Part shown: piece by piece, positions 1 through 8,723 of the stretch
How the letters are laid out: every line of letters begins with the position of its first letter
How positions within the stretch are numbered: position 1 is the first letter of the stretch
NCBI GenBank assembly: GCA_963719475.1
Contig: CAVRCD010000008.1
Location: 30,845-94,844, forward strand
Length of the DNA: 64,000 bases
From: an uncultured Actinomycetota bacterium
GTDB lineage: Bacteria; Actinomycetota; Actinomycetes; Mycobacteriales; Nakamurellaceae
Direction: 5' to 3'
Notes under the pieces: model-generated
The model's database searches: none
What the model saw: only the letters and a program-made list of their open reading frames with translations
Told to the model about the DNA's origin: nothing
Program-made: the position numbers and the translations under genes

Positions 1-711
1 GTTCCCACCCTGCTGATCGACGCCGACGTGTACGGCGGTGTGGCCGCATCGGCATTCGGCCTGCTCGACGAATCACCCGGACTTGCGGGTGCCTGCCGGA
101 TGGCCGCCAACGGACGCCTCGATCTCGGTGCGCTGACCGCGCTGTGCTGGTCGCTGGGCGATGACCTGAGGTTGTTGACCGGAATCGCCCGTGCCGATCG
201 GTGGCCCGAGGTGCGTCCCTCGGCGATTCCCGGCGTCGTCGGCATTGCCCGGGAAATGGCGCCGATGACTGTCGTCGACTGCGCCTTCGCCCTCGAGGCC
301 GACGAGGAGATCTCCTTCGACACGATGGCTCCGCGTCGCAATGGCGCCACCCTGGCCCTGCTGGGCGAGGCGGACGTCGTCCTTGCCGTCGGGTCGTGTG
401 ACCCGGCCGGACTGGAGCGACTGATTCGCGGGCTCGCCGAACTGGCTGACGCGGTCCCGGCGGCGTCACCGAAGGTCGTCCTGAACCGCTGCCGTGCGTC
501 GGTGGGCTCGACCGACGAAGCCGTTGCCGCCGTACAGCGCTTCGCCGGCGCGACGGTCATCGCCACACTGCCGGAGGACCGCGCGGCGACCGATCGGGCG
601 TGGCGGCGCGGGGTCTCGCTGGCCGACGCCGCCCCCCGTTCCGCGCTCCGTTCGGCCGTCCGGAATCTCGCCACCTCGCTGCACCCGGTGCCCGACCGCG
701 CCGGTCGATGA
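1..711 (+). CDS. MinD/ParA/CpaE-like P-loop ATPase, 5'-truncated by the window edge
   Basis: Frame open from base 1 (VPTLLIDADVYGG...). Motifs LIDAD, VVDCAF, VVLNR and LPEDR are typical of CpaE/MinD-like ATPases. TGA at 709-711. Confidence 0.7.
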   Translation, partial: VPTLLIDADVYGGVAASAFGLLDESPGLAGACRMAANGRLDLGALTALCWSLGDDLRLLTGIARADRWPEVRPSAIPGVVGIAREMAPMTVVDCAFALEADEEISFDTMAPRRNGATLALLGEADVVLAVGSCDPAGLERLIRGLAELADAVPAASPKVVLNRCRASVGSTDEAVAAVQRFAGATVIATLPEDRAATDRAWRRGVSLADAAPRSALRSAVRNLATSLHPVPDRAGR

Positions 712-758
712 CCGCCATTGGATGATCAGTGCGTGGACCGATCTGCGAGATATGACCG

Positions 759-1697
759 ATGAGCGCACCGACCGATGCCCGCGCGGTCTTCCAGGTTCCG
801 TCCGGCAGCGCACCGGAGCCGACCGGCGGCCGTGGTCCGTTCGTCAGTCGGGTGCGATGGCAGCACCCGGACGGTGGAGCAGCCACCTGGGAATCGCGGA
901 CGGCCCGCAAACGAGGTTTCATCGAGGTGTTGCGCGACGGCATCGTCCACCGCATCCGGGCCCGACCTGCGGTCGCGATCCGGCTGGGCCGGTGCAACAC
1001 CGTGTCGGGTATCTCGTTCTTCCTGGGCGGTGGGCTGTTCAGCGTGGCCGCCGTGCTGAGCGAACTGGGCGACACCCCGGCCTTGACGTTGAACTGGATC
1101 TTCCTGGCCGGTGGTTTCTTCTTCTCCAGCGGTGCCTACGCGGCGCTGGTGCAGGAGCTGAACTCACCCCACGGCATCGACGTCGACGGTCAACTCACCC
1201 AGACCCGTTGGCGCTGGTGGGGTTACGAGCCGGTGCGGCCGGGGTGGACCGCCGCCTTCCTGTTGTTCTGCGGCACCCTCGCGTTCGCGATCAGCCTGCT
1301 CGACGTCTTCCTCAACGGGCTGGAGACCAAACAGATCAACCGGCTGATCTGGGCTCCGGAGATGGTCGGTTGCGTGCTGTTCCTGGTGTCCGGCCACATC
1401 GGCGTGATCGAGGTCTGCCACGGGCGTTTCCAGTTGCTGCCCCGGTCGCTCGGCTGGTGGATCGTCGTGGTCAATCAGATCGGATCGTGGCTGTTCTTCG
1501 CGTCCGGGCTGGCCGCCTTCGTGCGGCCGGTGACCGGTGAGGTGATCAATGTCGGGGTGATCAACTGGGGGACCGCGCTCGGCGCCGCCTGTTTCAGCGT
1601 CGCCGGTCTTGCCCAATTGTTCGAGCGACCCGACACCTCGCCGACCCCGACACCGGCCGCCGTCGGCCCCGGGTCCGGCTCGTCGGCCGACCGATGA
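759..1697 (+). CDS. Multi-pass membrane protein, YrhK-like repeats
   Basis: 312 aa with about 6 hydrophobic segments and repeated F..G..LF motifs (GGGLFSV, GCVLFLVSG, IGSWLFFASG). Confidence 0.65.
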   Translation: MSAPTDARAVFQVPSGSAPEPTGGRGPFVSRVRWQHPDGGAATWESRTARKRGFIEVLRDGIVHRIRARPAVAIRLGRCNTVSGISFFLGGGLFSVAAVLSELGDTPALTLNWIFLAGGFFFSSGAYAALVQELNSPHGIDVDGQLTQTRWRWWGYEPVRPGWTAAFLLFCGTLAFAISLLDVFLNGLETKQINRLIWAPEMVGCVLFLVSGHIGVIEVCHGRFQLLPRSLGWWIVVVNQIGSWLFFASGLAAFVRPVTGEVINVGVINWGTALGAACFSVAGLAQLFERPDTSPTPTPAAVGPGSGSSADR

Positions 1698-1728
1698 TCT
1701 CGCTGCCCGGCTGTGCCACGATGAACCG

Positions 1729-3180
1729 ATGACCGACCGGCTCTCAGCGACCGACGCCTCGTTTCTGTACACGGAGGATGCCGGGACGCCGATGCACGTC
1801 GGTGGGGTCGTCATTCTCAAGCCCGACGTGGACGGCCCCGACTTCCAGTACTCGGAGATCATCGAGCTGATCGAGTCGCGACTCGATCTGGTGCCGCGAT
1901 ACCGGCAGAAGGTGCGCTTCGTCCCCGGCCGGCTCGCCCGACCCGTCTGGGTCGATGACGAGGACTTCGACATCACTTATCACGTCAGGCGTTCCGCCCT
2001 GCCCAAGCCGGGCACGGACATCGAGCTCGACGAACTGGTCGGGCGGTTGATCTCCCGGCCGCTGGATCGGACCAGGCCGCTCTGGGAGGTGTACGTCATC
2101 GAGGGGCTCACCGGGGGCCGGATCGCGCTGGTGAACAAGACCCACCACGCGATGGTCGACCGGATCGGGGCCGTCGACGTGGCGGCGGCCATCCTGGACG
2201 TCAACCGCCGCTCGCGCGACCTGCCGGAACAGCCGTGGATCCCGAATCCGTCGCCCAGCGACATCGACCTGGTGGTCGACGCGGTCGCCGACCTGACCAG
2301 CCGGCCGTCCGAGGTGTTCGACATCGCGCGGCACGCCGCAGAAGATGTCGGCGCCGTCGTCAGCAAGGTGCTCAGTGCCGCCGGCAGCGCGTTCGAGGTG
2401 TTGCGGCGCACGGTGAGCCCCGCGCCACGCTCGCTGCTCAACGACGCCAAGAGCGGTCAGCGCCGGTTCGCCTCGGTCCGCGCCGATCTCGCCGACTTCA
2501 AGCAGGTGCGGGGGGCGCACGGCGGTTCGGTCAACGACGTCGTGCTGACGGTGATCACCGGCGCGCTGCGCTCCTGGCTGTTGTCCAGGGCAGAGGCGGT
2601 CACTGCGCACACCGTGGTGCGGGCGATGGTGCCGATGTCGGTGGCGCCGGCACCGGGTGAGGACAACGGCTCTGTGGCCTCCTATCTCATCGACCTTCCG
2701 GTGTCCGAGCCGAACCCGGCGATGCGGCTGCATCAGGTGTCGTTCGCGATGGGCGGCTTCCTCGAATCCGGCAACCAGGTCGGCGCCGACGCCCTGGTCG
2801 AGCTCGGCCGGTTCTCCCCGCCGACCCTGCACGCGCTCGGAGCGCGGGTGGCCGGTCAGCTGTCCCGGCGGATGTACAACGTGCTGATCACCAACGTGCC
2901 GGGCCCGCAGGTCCCGCTGTACGCCGCGGGTTTCCCGGTCGACGCGATGTATCCCGTTGCGCCGCTGGGTCTCGGGCAGGCGCTCGCGGTGTCCTGCACC
3001 TCCTACAACGGCAGTGTCTTCTTCGGGATGACGGCTGATCGGGACGCGATCCCCGACGTCGAGGAGTTCGCGGTGCAGATCCGGGAGGCGGTCGAGGAAC
3101 TGATGTCGACGATTCCCGACGAATCCGGACCCGCCGCGCCGTCGTCCCGTCGCGGACGGCGCTCCCGGTCCAGCTCGTGA
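1729..3180 (+). CDS. Wax ester/triacylglycerol synthase family O-acyltransferase (WS/DGAT)
   Basis: Starts MTDRLSATDASFLY; contains PMHVG, PLWE, the HHAMVD catalytic motif and TNVPGPQ. ATG at 1729. Confidence 0.92.
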   Translation: MTDRLSATDASFLYTEDAGTPMHVGGVVILKPDVDGPDFQYSEIIELIESRLDLVPRYRQKVRFVPGRLARPVWVDDEDFDITYHVRRSALPKPGTDIELDELVGRLISRPLDRTRPLWEVYVIEGLTGGRIALVNKTHHAMVDRIGAVDVAAAILDVNRRSRDLPEQPWIPNPSPSDIDLVVDAVADLTSRPSEVFDIARHAAEDVGAVVSKVLSAAGSAFEVLRRTVSPAPRSLLNDAKSGQRRFASVRADLADFKQVRGAHGGSVNDVVLTVITGALRSWLLSRAEAVTAHTVVRAMVPMSVAPAPGEDNGSVASYLIDLPVSEPNPAMRLHQVSFAMGGFLESGNQVGADALVELGRFSPPTLHALGARVAGQLSRRMYNVLITNVPGPQVPLYAAGFPVDAMYPVAPLGLGQALAVSCTSYNGSVFFGMTADRDAIPDVEEFAVQIREAVEELMSTIPDESGPAAPSSRRGRRSRSSS

Positions 3181-3226
3181 CCGCTCTGTGCATCGAGAGT
3201 CCCTGCCACAGAACGGATCTGCCCCG

Positions 3227-3736
3227 TTGAGGATCTACCTGCCGACCACCATGAGCGGGGTCAGGGCCGCGCTTGCCGACAGTACGTTCTTCGTCCGGTC
3301 CGCGGTCGGCTTCGCCGTGACCGCGCCACTGCGCGCCGAGTACCCGGACTGGTCGGAGGAGGACCTGGAATACCTGGCGATGCAGGACGCCTCACGCGCC
3401 TCCCTGCGGCTGTTGGCCGGTTCCGACACCGCCGAACCGCCGCTACGGGTGGTGATCGCCGCCGACGTGCCTGACGAGCTGGTGACGCCCCGACCGGAAG
3501 CGGACCGCGCCGTGGTCAAGGTTCCCTCGCGCATCGACTGGTCGCAGGTCGCGTCCGTGCACGTGGACGGCGCCGACGCCGGCGCCGCCGTGCGGGAGGC
3601 CGCGGCCGTCATCGACGCCGCCGACCTGGGCGACGATGACGCCGAATTCGCCCTCGGCTCGGCCGAGGACTTCGACCTCGCCTGGTACGCCCCCGGTGAG
3701 ATCTCCTACCTCGTCGAGGAACTGGACGCGGAGTAG
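3227..3736 (+). CDS. Conserved actinobacterial protein, DUF6912/Rv3231c-like
   Basis: (M)RIYLPTT start, EDLEYLAM, RVVIAADV, ASVHVD and LAWYAPGEI; TTG start chosen by family N-terminus; syntenic position. Confidence 0.75.
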   Translation: MRIYLPTTMSGVRAALADSTFFVRSAVGFAVTAPLRAEYPDWSEEDLEYLAMQDASRASLRLLAGSDTAEPPLRVVIAADVPDELVTPRPEADRAVVKVPSRIDWSQVASVHVDGADAGAAVREAAAVIDAADLGDDDAEFALGSAEDFDLAWYAPGEISYLVEELDAE

Positions 3737-3891
3737 GCGAAGTTGCCGGGCGCGGACGCGAGGTAGGCGAAGGTTGCGCGGGCGCGGGACGCGTCCCGGG
3801 GCGCGATACGCGTCCCGGCGGCCGGGGCACGGCCCGGCGGCCGGGGCACGGTACGGCCCGGCGGCCCCCACGCGCGACCCTCTGATGTGGA

Positions 3892-4620
3892 GTTGATCAA
3901 CCGGTCCGGCACCTTTCCGGCGCCGGGATGGGGCCGAAAGTCCGTGATCAACAGCGGCTTTCGCGGGTTGGGAGCGGTGGGCGCGGTCGGGGCTCGAGGC
4001 GCCGGGTGTGCAGGTGGCGGGACGGCACCTCGGCCGGGCAGGTCGACTGCACCGTGAGCAGTCAAATGTGGCCGTGGAGGCTCGAAAGTGACTGCTCAGG
4101 GTGCAGTCGATCTCGACCGGGTGGGTCCTGCGGCGGCGTCGGGCCAAGGTGGCGCTGCTCGGGGATCTCACTGCCCTGGCGTGCGTGCCGCCGAGGGCAG
4201 CTCAAGGAAGCGGCATCGCCCGCTCGCCCACCGGAAGTTGATCAACCGGTCCGGCACCCTTCCGGCGCCGGGAATGGGGCCGAAAGTCCATGATCAACAG
4301 CGGGTTGGTGGTGCGGGGGTCGACGACCACCCCCAGGTCGAGTTGATCAACCGGTTCGGCACCCTTCCGGCGCCGGGATAGGGCCGAAAGTCCATGATCA
4401 ACAGCGGTTTGGTGGTGCGGGGGTCGACGACCACCCCCAGGTCGAGTTGATCAACCGGTCCGGCACCCTTCCGGCGCCGGGATAGGGCCGAAAGTCCATG
4501 ATCAACAGCGGCTTTCCGGGCTGGTGCGGCGGGTCGACTGACCACCGCCGAGGTCGAGTTGATCAACCGGTCGGACCCTTCCGGCGCCGGGAAGGGGCCG
4601 AAGTCCATGATCAACAGCGG
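3892..4620. repeat. Array of five ~66-bp REP-like palindromic elements (GTTGATCAAC...TGATCAACAGCGG)
   Basis: Copies at 3892-3957, 4237-4303, 4342-4407, 4446-4511 and 4558-4620. The last four are in tandem with a period of about 104-112 bp and near-identical linkers. Confidence 0.9.
4043..4110. repeat. Long inverted repeat (22-bp arms, 1 mismatch)
   Basis: TCGACTGCACCGTGAGCAGTCA (4043-4064) vs TGACTGCTCAGGGTGCAGTCGA (4089-4110). Confidence 0.85.
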
Positions 4621-4670
4621 TTTCGGGTGGGGACGGGGGCGAGAGGGTTGCGGCAGGCGCCGGGAACGGG

Positions 4671-4703
4671 AGAACCCGGTCGACGGGGTGTCGACCGGGT
4701 TCT
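4671..4703. terminator. Perfect 14-bp stem hairpin, possible terminator downstream of yceI
   Basis: AGAACCCGGTCGAC-GGGGT-GTCGACCGGGTTCT. Confidence 0.5.
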
Positions 4704-4811
4704 GGTGGCGCTTGAAGTTCTGGGTGGTGCTTGGGGTGCTGCCCGTGGCGGCGAGCCCGTGGTGCTTGGGGTTCGGCGGCGCGGGTGGTGTTCACCCGCT
4801 GCGGGGTGGGG

Positions 4812-5369
4812 TCAGTCGGCGTTCTTGACGAATTCGAGTTCGAGGTCGATCTCGACCTTGTCGGCGACGACGGCGTTACCGGCGCCGAACGCGGCGTCGA
4901 AGGACACGCCGTAGGACTTGCGGCTGATCGAGGTGGACGCGGAGAACCCTGCGCGGGTGGAGCCGTAGGCGTCGATGGTCTCGCCGAGGAATTCCACGGC
5001 CAGCTCGACGGGCTGGGTGGTGCCGCGGATGGTCAGGGTGCCGTCGAGGACGAAGTCTTCCCCGTCGACGCTCTTCACACCGGTGGAGACGAAGGTCAGC
5101 ACGGGGTGGTTCTCGACGTCCAGGAAGTCGGCGGACCGGACGTGCGCGTCGCGCTGTTCCTGCTTGGTGTCGACGCTGGCGGCGTCGATCTCGGCGGTCA
5201 CCGAGTGGGCACCGTTCTCGTCGACGACCAGGGTGGCGGACTTCAGGTCGAAGGTGCCCTTGGCCTTGCCGACGGCCATGTGCCGGACCTTGAACGCGAC
5301 GTCGGAGTGCACGGTGTCGGCGGTCCAGGTGCCTGCGGTCAGGATCGGGGTGGTGACGGTGGTGGTCAT
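4812..5369 (-). CDS. YceI family polyisoprenoid-binding protein
   Basis: GTWTADTVHSDVAFKVRHM, RDAHVRSADFLDVE and GTLTIRG motifs; RBS GGAAGGA upstream. Confidence 0.93.
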   Translation of the reverse strand: MTTTVTTPILTAGTWTADTVHSDVAFKVRHMAVGKAKGTFDLKSATLVVDENGAHSVTAEIDAASVDTKQEQRDAHVRSADFLDVENHPVLTFVSTGVKSVDGEDFVLDGTLTIRGTTQPVELAVEFLGETIDAYGSTRAGFSASTSISRKSYGVSFDAAFGAGNAVVADKVEIDLELEFVKNAD

Positions 5370-5402
5370 CGTGGTTCCTTCCAGTAGTGTGACGTGAGGT
5401 GG

Positions 5403-5441
5403 TTGCTTGAAGGTTCAACAACTCTGCTCGAAGCTTATTCC
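5403..5441 (-). promoter_or_regulatory. SigH/SigR-type promoter (GGAAT-N17-GTTG) overlapping a TTGAA-NN-TTCAA palindrome upstream of yceI
   Basis: Minus strand GGAAT aagcttcgagcagagtt GTTGAACCTTCAAGCA. Confidence 0.6.
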
Positions 5442-5481
5442 ACAGAAGTAGACGCGTCACCTACCTTTGGAGTGAACGCCG

Positions 5482-5497
5482 CGTGACCCTGGTCACA
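5482..5497. promoter_or_regulatory. CRP-like site
   Basis: CGTGA-CCCTGG-TCACA. Confidence 0.4.
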
Positions 5498-5607
5498 CCC
5501 TCTGTAACCGTGTGTGACCTCCGGCGAGATTGCGCTGATCAACTGCGCCGGCGCGGGTCAACTCGATGACTCCTGACACTCCAGCCCCACAACCGCAACG
5601 TTCGTCA

Positions 5608-5681
5608 GCGCGGCGGAAGATGATCGGCGCGGGGTGGTGGCGTCGCGCGGCGGAAGATGATCGGCGCGGGGTGGTGGCGTC
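5608..5681. repeat. 37-bp tandem duplication
   Basis: GCGCGGCGGAAGATGATCGGCGCGGGGTGGTGGCGTC present twice in tandem. Confidence 0.85.
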
Positions 5682-5749
5682 GTGCAGAGACTGGCTGGGC
5701 TATGAGCGCGACGTAGCTCAGTGCCGAGGGAGGGCGGGCGAGTGAACAG

Positions 5750-6796
5750 TCAGGCGAAGGCGGGCATGACCTTGTCGTGAATGAGCTGCAGCTGGGTGTT
5801 GACGTCGGCGACGCCGTCGATGTCCCGGCCCATCAGGGCCTTGACCAGCGTGGCGTCGGTGATCGCCAGGATCATGTGGTTGACGCCGACGTCGGCGATG
5901 TCCTTCAGCTGGGAGACCACCTCGGCGGGGGTGCCGGCGATCGAGAGCTTCTCGGCGGTCTCCGGTGGGGTGGCATCGATGGCGCCGGCCAGGTCACCTG
6001 CGCCCAGTGCCGCGAGCGCCGGCCCCAGCTCGTCGGGGGCAACACCGTTGCGCTGCAGCAGCTCATCGGGCATCGACGACGCGTACAGGCCGACCATGCT
6101 GCGAGCCGCTTCCTTGGCGATCGCGGAATCCTCACCCACCGCGAACACCATCCAGGCGCCGATGTCCAGGTCGTCGACGTTCTTGCCGGCCTTCTTGGCC
6201 CCGATGGCCATGTTGTCGTACATGTACTGGTAGGCCTCCCGGGTGTAGCCGAGAGCCTGGTGGCAGCCGTCGGAGATCTCGGCCGCAAGCTGGAACGACT
6301 TCGGGCCGCGCATCGCCCCCATCTTCAGTGGGAGATGGTCCTGTACCGGCCGGGCGAAGGTGAACAATCCCTTGTAGGAGAAGAACTCTCCGTCGAAGGT
6401 GATCGCGCCGTCGTCCAGGAAGGTGCGGATGACCTGGATGCCCTCCTTGACCCTGGAGAGCGGCTTGGTGTTCTTCCAGTCGATGTTGTACTGGGCCAGC
6501 AGGCCGAAGTTGCCGCTGCTCAGCACGACCTCGGCGCGCCCGCCGGTCAGCTCGTCGAGAGTTGCCGCAGCCTGGGCGATCAGCGTGGGTTCCCGCAGCG
6601 TCACCGCGGAAACGCTCGGGCCGAAGCGCACCTGCTTGGTCTGGTCGGCGGCAGCGGCGAACAGCAGCCACAGATCCTTGTGCCAGGTCTCGTCGGCGGC
6701 GTAGACCGCGTAGAAGCCGAGCTCGTCGGCCAATCGGATCGAGTCGAGGGAATCGACAAGGGGATAGTCGGGGAGCATGACGTAGCTGAACTTCAC
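5750..6796 (-). CDS. LLM-class (luciferase-like) oxidoreductase, Mer-like, possibly F420-dependent
   Basis: GTG start (MKFSYVMLPDY) with AGGAGG RBS; ADELGF, ATLDELTGGRAEVVL, GAMRGPKS and IAGTPAEV motifs. Confidence 0.88.
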   Translation of the reverse strand: MKFSYVMLPDYPLVDSLDSIRLADELGFYAVYAADETWHKDLWLLFAAAADQTKQVRFGPSVSAVTLREPTLIAQAAATLDELTGGRAEVVLSSGNFGLLAQYNIDWKNTKPLSRVKEGIQVIRTFLDDGAITFDGEFFSYKGLFTFARPVQDHLPLKMGAMRGPKSFQLAAEISDGCHQALGYTREAYQYMYDNMAIGAKKAGKNVDDLDIGAWMVFAVGEDSAIAKEAARSMVGLYASSMPDELLQRNGVAPDELGPALAALGAGDLAGAIDATPPETAEKLSIAGTPAEVVSQLKDIADVGVNHMILAITDATLVKALMGRDIDGVADVNTQLQLIHDKVMPAFA

Positions 6797-6846
6797 TGTC
6801 GGCCTCCTGGCGGTTGGACGGGAATCCTGATGAGAAGAGCTATAAG

Positions 6847-7209
6847 TCAATCTGTTTCGGGTCGAACCCAGACACTGGTGGTGGACTCCGCTGCGCTGCT
6901 CGCCGACCCCTCGTCATCGATCTCGGACAGCACTGAGGAGCCGTTGATCACCGTGTCGGCGAAATGGCGGTGCATCCAGTCCAGGTGATCGTGCCGAGAG
7001 TTCATGATTCGCAGGGAATCCCAGTTGGGGAATGTCTGCTGGAGTACCCACCGCTGCATCAGCCTCGGGTCGACCTCGAAGACGTGCTCGAAGGTGGTCA
7101 GCGCGACGTCGCTGACCCGTTGCGGTTCGGGTGATGTGTACTGCTCTGCGTAGCGATAGGGATAGGCGCCACCGTTCGAATCGCCGTTGGCAGACCCGTC
7201 GTTCATCAC
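6847..7209 (-). CDS. Small hypothetical protein (120 aa) within the oxidoreductase operon
   Basis: Start overlaps the upstream stop (GTGA); GAGGAGG RBS; protein-like composition (FEHVFEVDPRLM, QQTFPNWDSLRI, HDHLDWMHRHF). Confidence 0.7.
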   Translation of the reverse strand: MMNDGSANGDSNGGAYPYRYAEQYTSPEPQRVSDVALTTFEHVFEVDPRLMQRWVLQQTFPNWDSLRIMNSRHDHLDWMHRHFADTVINGSSVLSEIDDEGSASSAAESTTSVWVRPETD

Positions 7210-8723
7210 GAAACCTCCTCTGCCGCAGGTGCGTATGCCCGATCCAGCAGGTACTTCCCGGGATTCATGATGTTGTTGGGATCGAGAGTGCGTTTGATGT
7301 CGAGCATCACGTCGAACCCGCGACCCAGCTCGTCCGGCACCAGGTCGACCTCACCCTCCCGGCAGCTACCGTGGCAGGCGCTGATCGAACCGCCGGCTCG
7401 CAGACTCGCTGCGGCGATGTCGCGCTTCGCCCGTACCCAGAGTTCCCACGCTTGGTCGTCGAGTTGCTGTTCCCAGATGCCGATGTCGATCTCGGTGAGG
7501 TAGTCGGCGCCCGTGCTGCCAGAGGTGTAGGCGAACATTCCCCAGTCGTCGAACACATCGGTACGCCGGCGCAGGTCGGCGACGATCTCGTGCCAGGCCT
7601 TGGTCACCGCCGGCACGGCGCTGTAGTTGACCGCGGCGTCCTCGCAGTGCCAGCTCATCGGGATGACCTGACCGTCCCTGGTGCGACCGTGCAGGGGAGT
7701 GGCGTACCGGTCATGCCGGGCCGCCCAGTCACCCTCGGAGATCTCGTCGCCGAGATATCGGGCGCCGTGCTCCTTGGCGATCCGGAAGAGTCGTTTCCCG
7801 CCGGCGCGGACCTCGTCCTCGTACCCGTACATCACCGCGCAGACCAGCGCCCGAACGTCGGCCGGTTGCGGGATGTAGGCCTCGTCGTCGCGGCGGAGGT
7901 ACGCCACCTTCCATTCGTCGAACAGCACCGCCCCGGCGAACGTCGCGACCCCGGCCCGGGCCAGCGCTCCCGTGCAGGCGTAGGCGTCGTCGTAGTTGTC
8001 GAACGACCAGAACGGCGACAGCTCTGCCTCCGGCTTCGGAAAGAGCTTCAACGTCGCCCTGGTGGCGATGCCGAGCGTGCCCTGGTGCCCCATGAACAGG
8101 TGCTTGAGCTGGTAACCGCTGGAGCTCTTGGTGATCTTGCGGCCGATGCCGTCGCCGACGTGCATGACGTCACCTGTCGGCAGCACATGATCGAAACTGA
8201 GTACCAGATCACGGGTGTGGCCATATCTCGCGCCGATCAGCGACCAGCCGCTGGTGCCGATCCGTCCGCCGACCAGCGAGCAGGGGTAGGACGCCGGATC
8301 GTCCGGGTAGATCAGGCCGTGCCGGCCGAGCTGCTCGTTGAGCTTGAGCATGTTGATGCCGGTTCCGACGGTGACGGTGCGATTGACCAGGTCGAGCTCG
8401 TGGATCTGGTTCATCCGCTTGACGTCGACGACGATCCCGCCGCGCAGCGGGACGGCGCCGTCGGTCAGGCCGGTCCCGCCGTCCCGCGGCACCACCGGGA
8501 TGCGCAGGTCGTTGGCGATCCGGACGACCGCGCTGACCTGCTCGGTCGAGGTTGGCAGCACCGCGAGGTCGGGCAGCCGTTCGTCCCAGCGATGCACCGG
8601 GAACGGGGCCGGCACCCTCGCCCTGTTGTAGCGGTCGGTCCTGGAGGTGAGGATCTGATCGGGCGAGAGCACGGTGCCGAGCGCGGTCACCACCCGCTCG
8701 AGTTCGTCGACGGCCAGCGTCAT
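7206..8723 (-). CDS. FAD-binding oxidoreductase (VAO/GlcD/alkyl-DHAP synthase superfamily)
   Basis: PDLAVLPTSTEQV, PRDGGTGLTDGAVP, FMGHQGTLGIAT and C-terminal LDPNNIMNPGK; ATG 8723 overlaps the upstream TGA. Confidence 0.9.
   Translation of the reverse strand: MTLAVDELERVVTALGTVLSPDQILTSRTDRYNRARVPAPFPVHRWDERLPDLAVLPTSTEQVSAVVRIANDLRIPVVPRDGGTGLTDGAVPLRGGIVVDVKRMNQIHELDLVNRTVTVGTGINMLKLNEQLGRHGLIYPDDPASYPCSLVGGRIGTSGWSLIGARYGHTRDLVLSFDHVLPTGDVMHVGDGIGRKITKSSSGYQLKHLFMGHQGTLGIATRATLKLFPKPEAELSPFWSFDNYDDAYACTGALARAGVATFAGAVLFDEWKVAYLRRDDEAYIPQPADVRALVCAVMYGYEDEVRAGGKRLFRIAKEHGARYLGDEISEGDWAARHDRYATPLHGRTRDGQVIPMSWHCEDAAVNYSAVPAVTKAWHEIVADLRRRTDVFDDWGMFAYTSGSTGADYLTEIDIGIWEQQLDDQAWELWVRAKRDIAAASLRAGGSISACHGSCREGEVDLVPDELGRGFDVMLDIKRTLDPNNIMNPGKYLLDRAYAPAAEEVS

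Noticed and set aside
4237-4620. Possible CRISPR array
   Set aside because: The repeat is about 66 bp, the linkers are nearly identical to each other rather than unique spacers, and no cas genes are in the window.
3443-4914. Several ORFs spanning the repeat region
   Set aside because: They are translations of the repeats (LINRSG..., HDQQR), with no codon bias or RBS.
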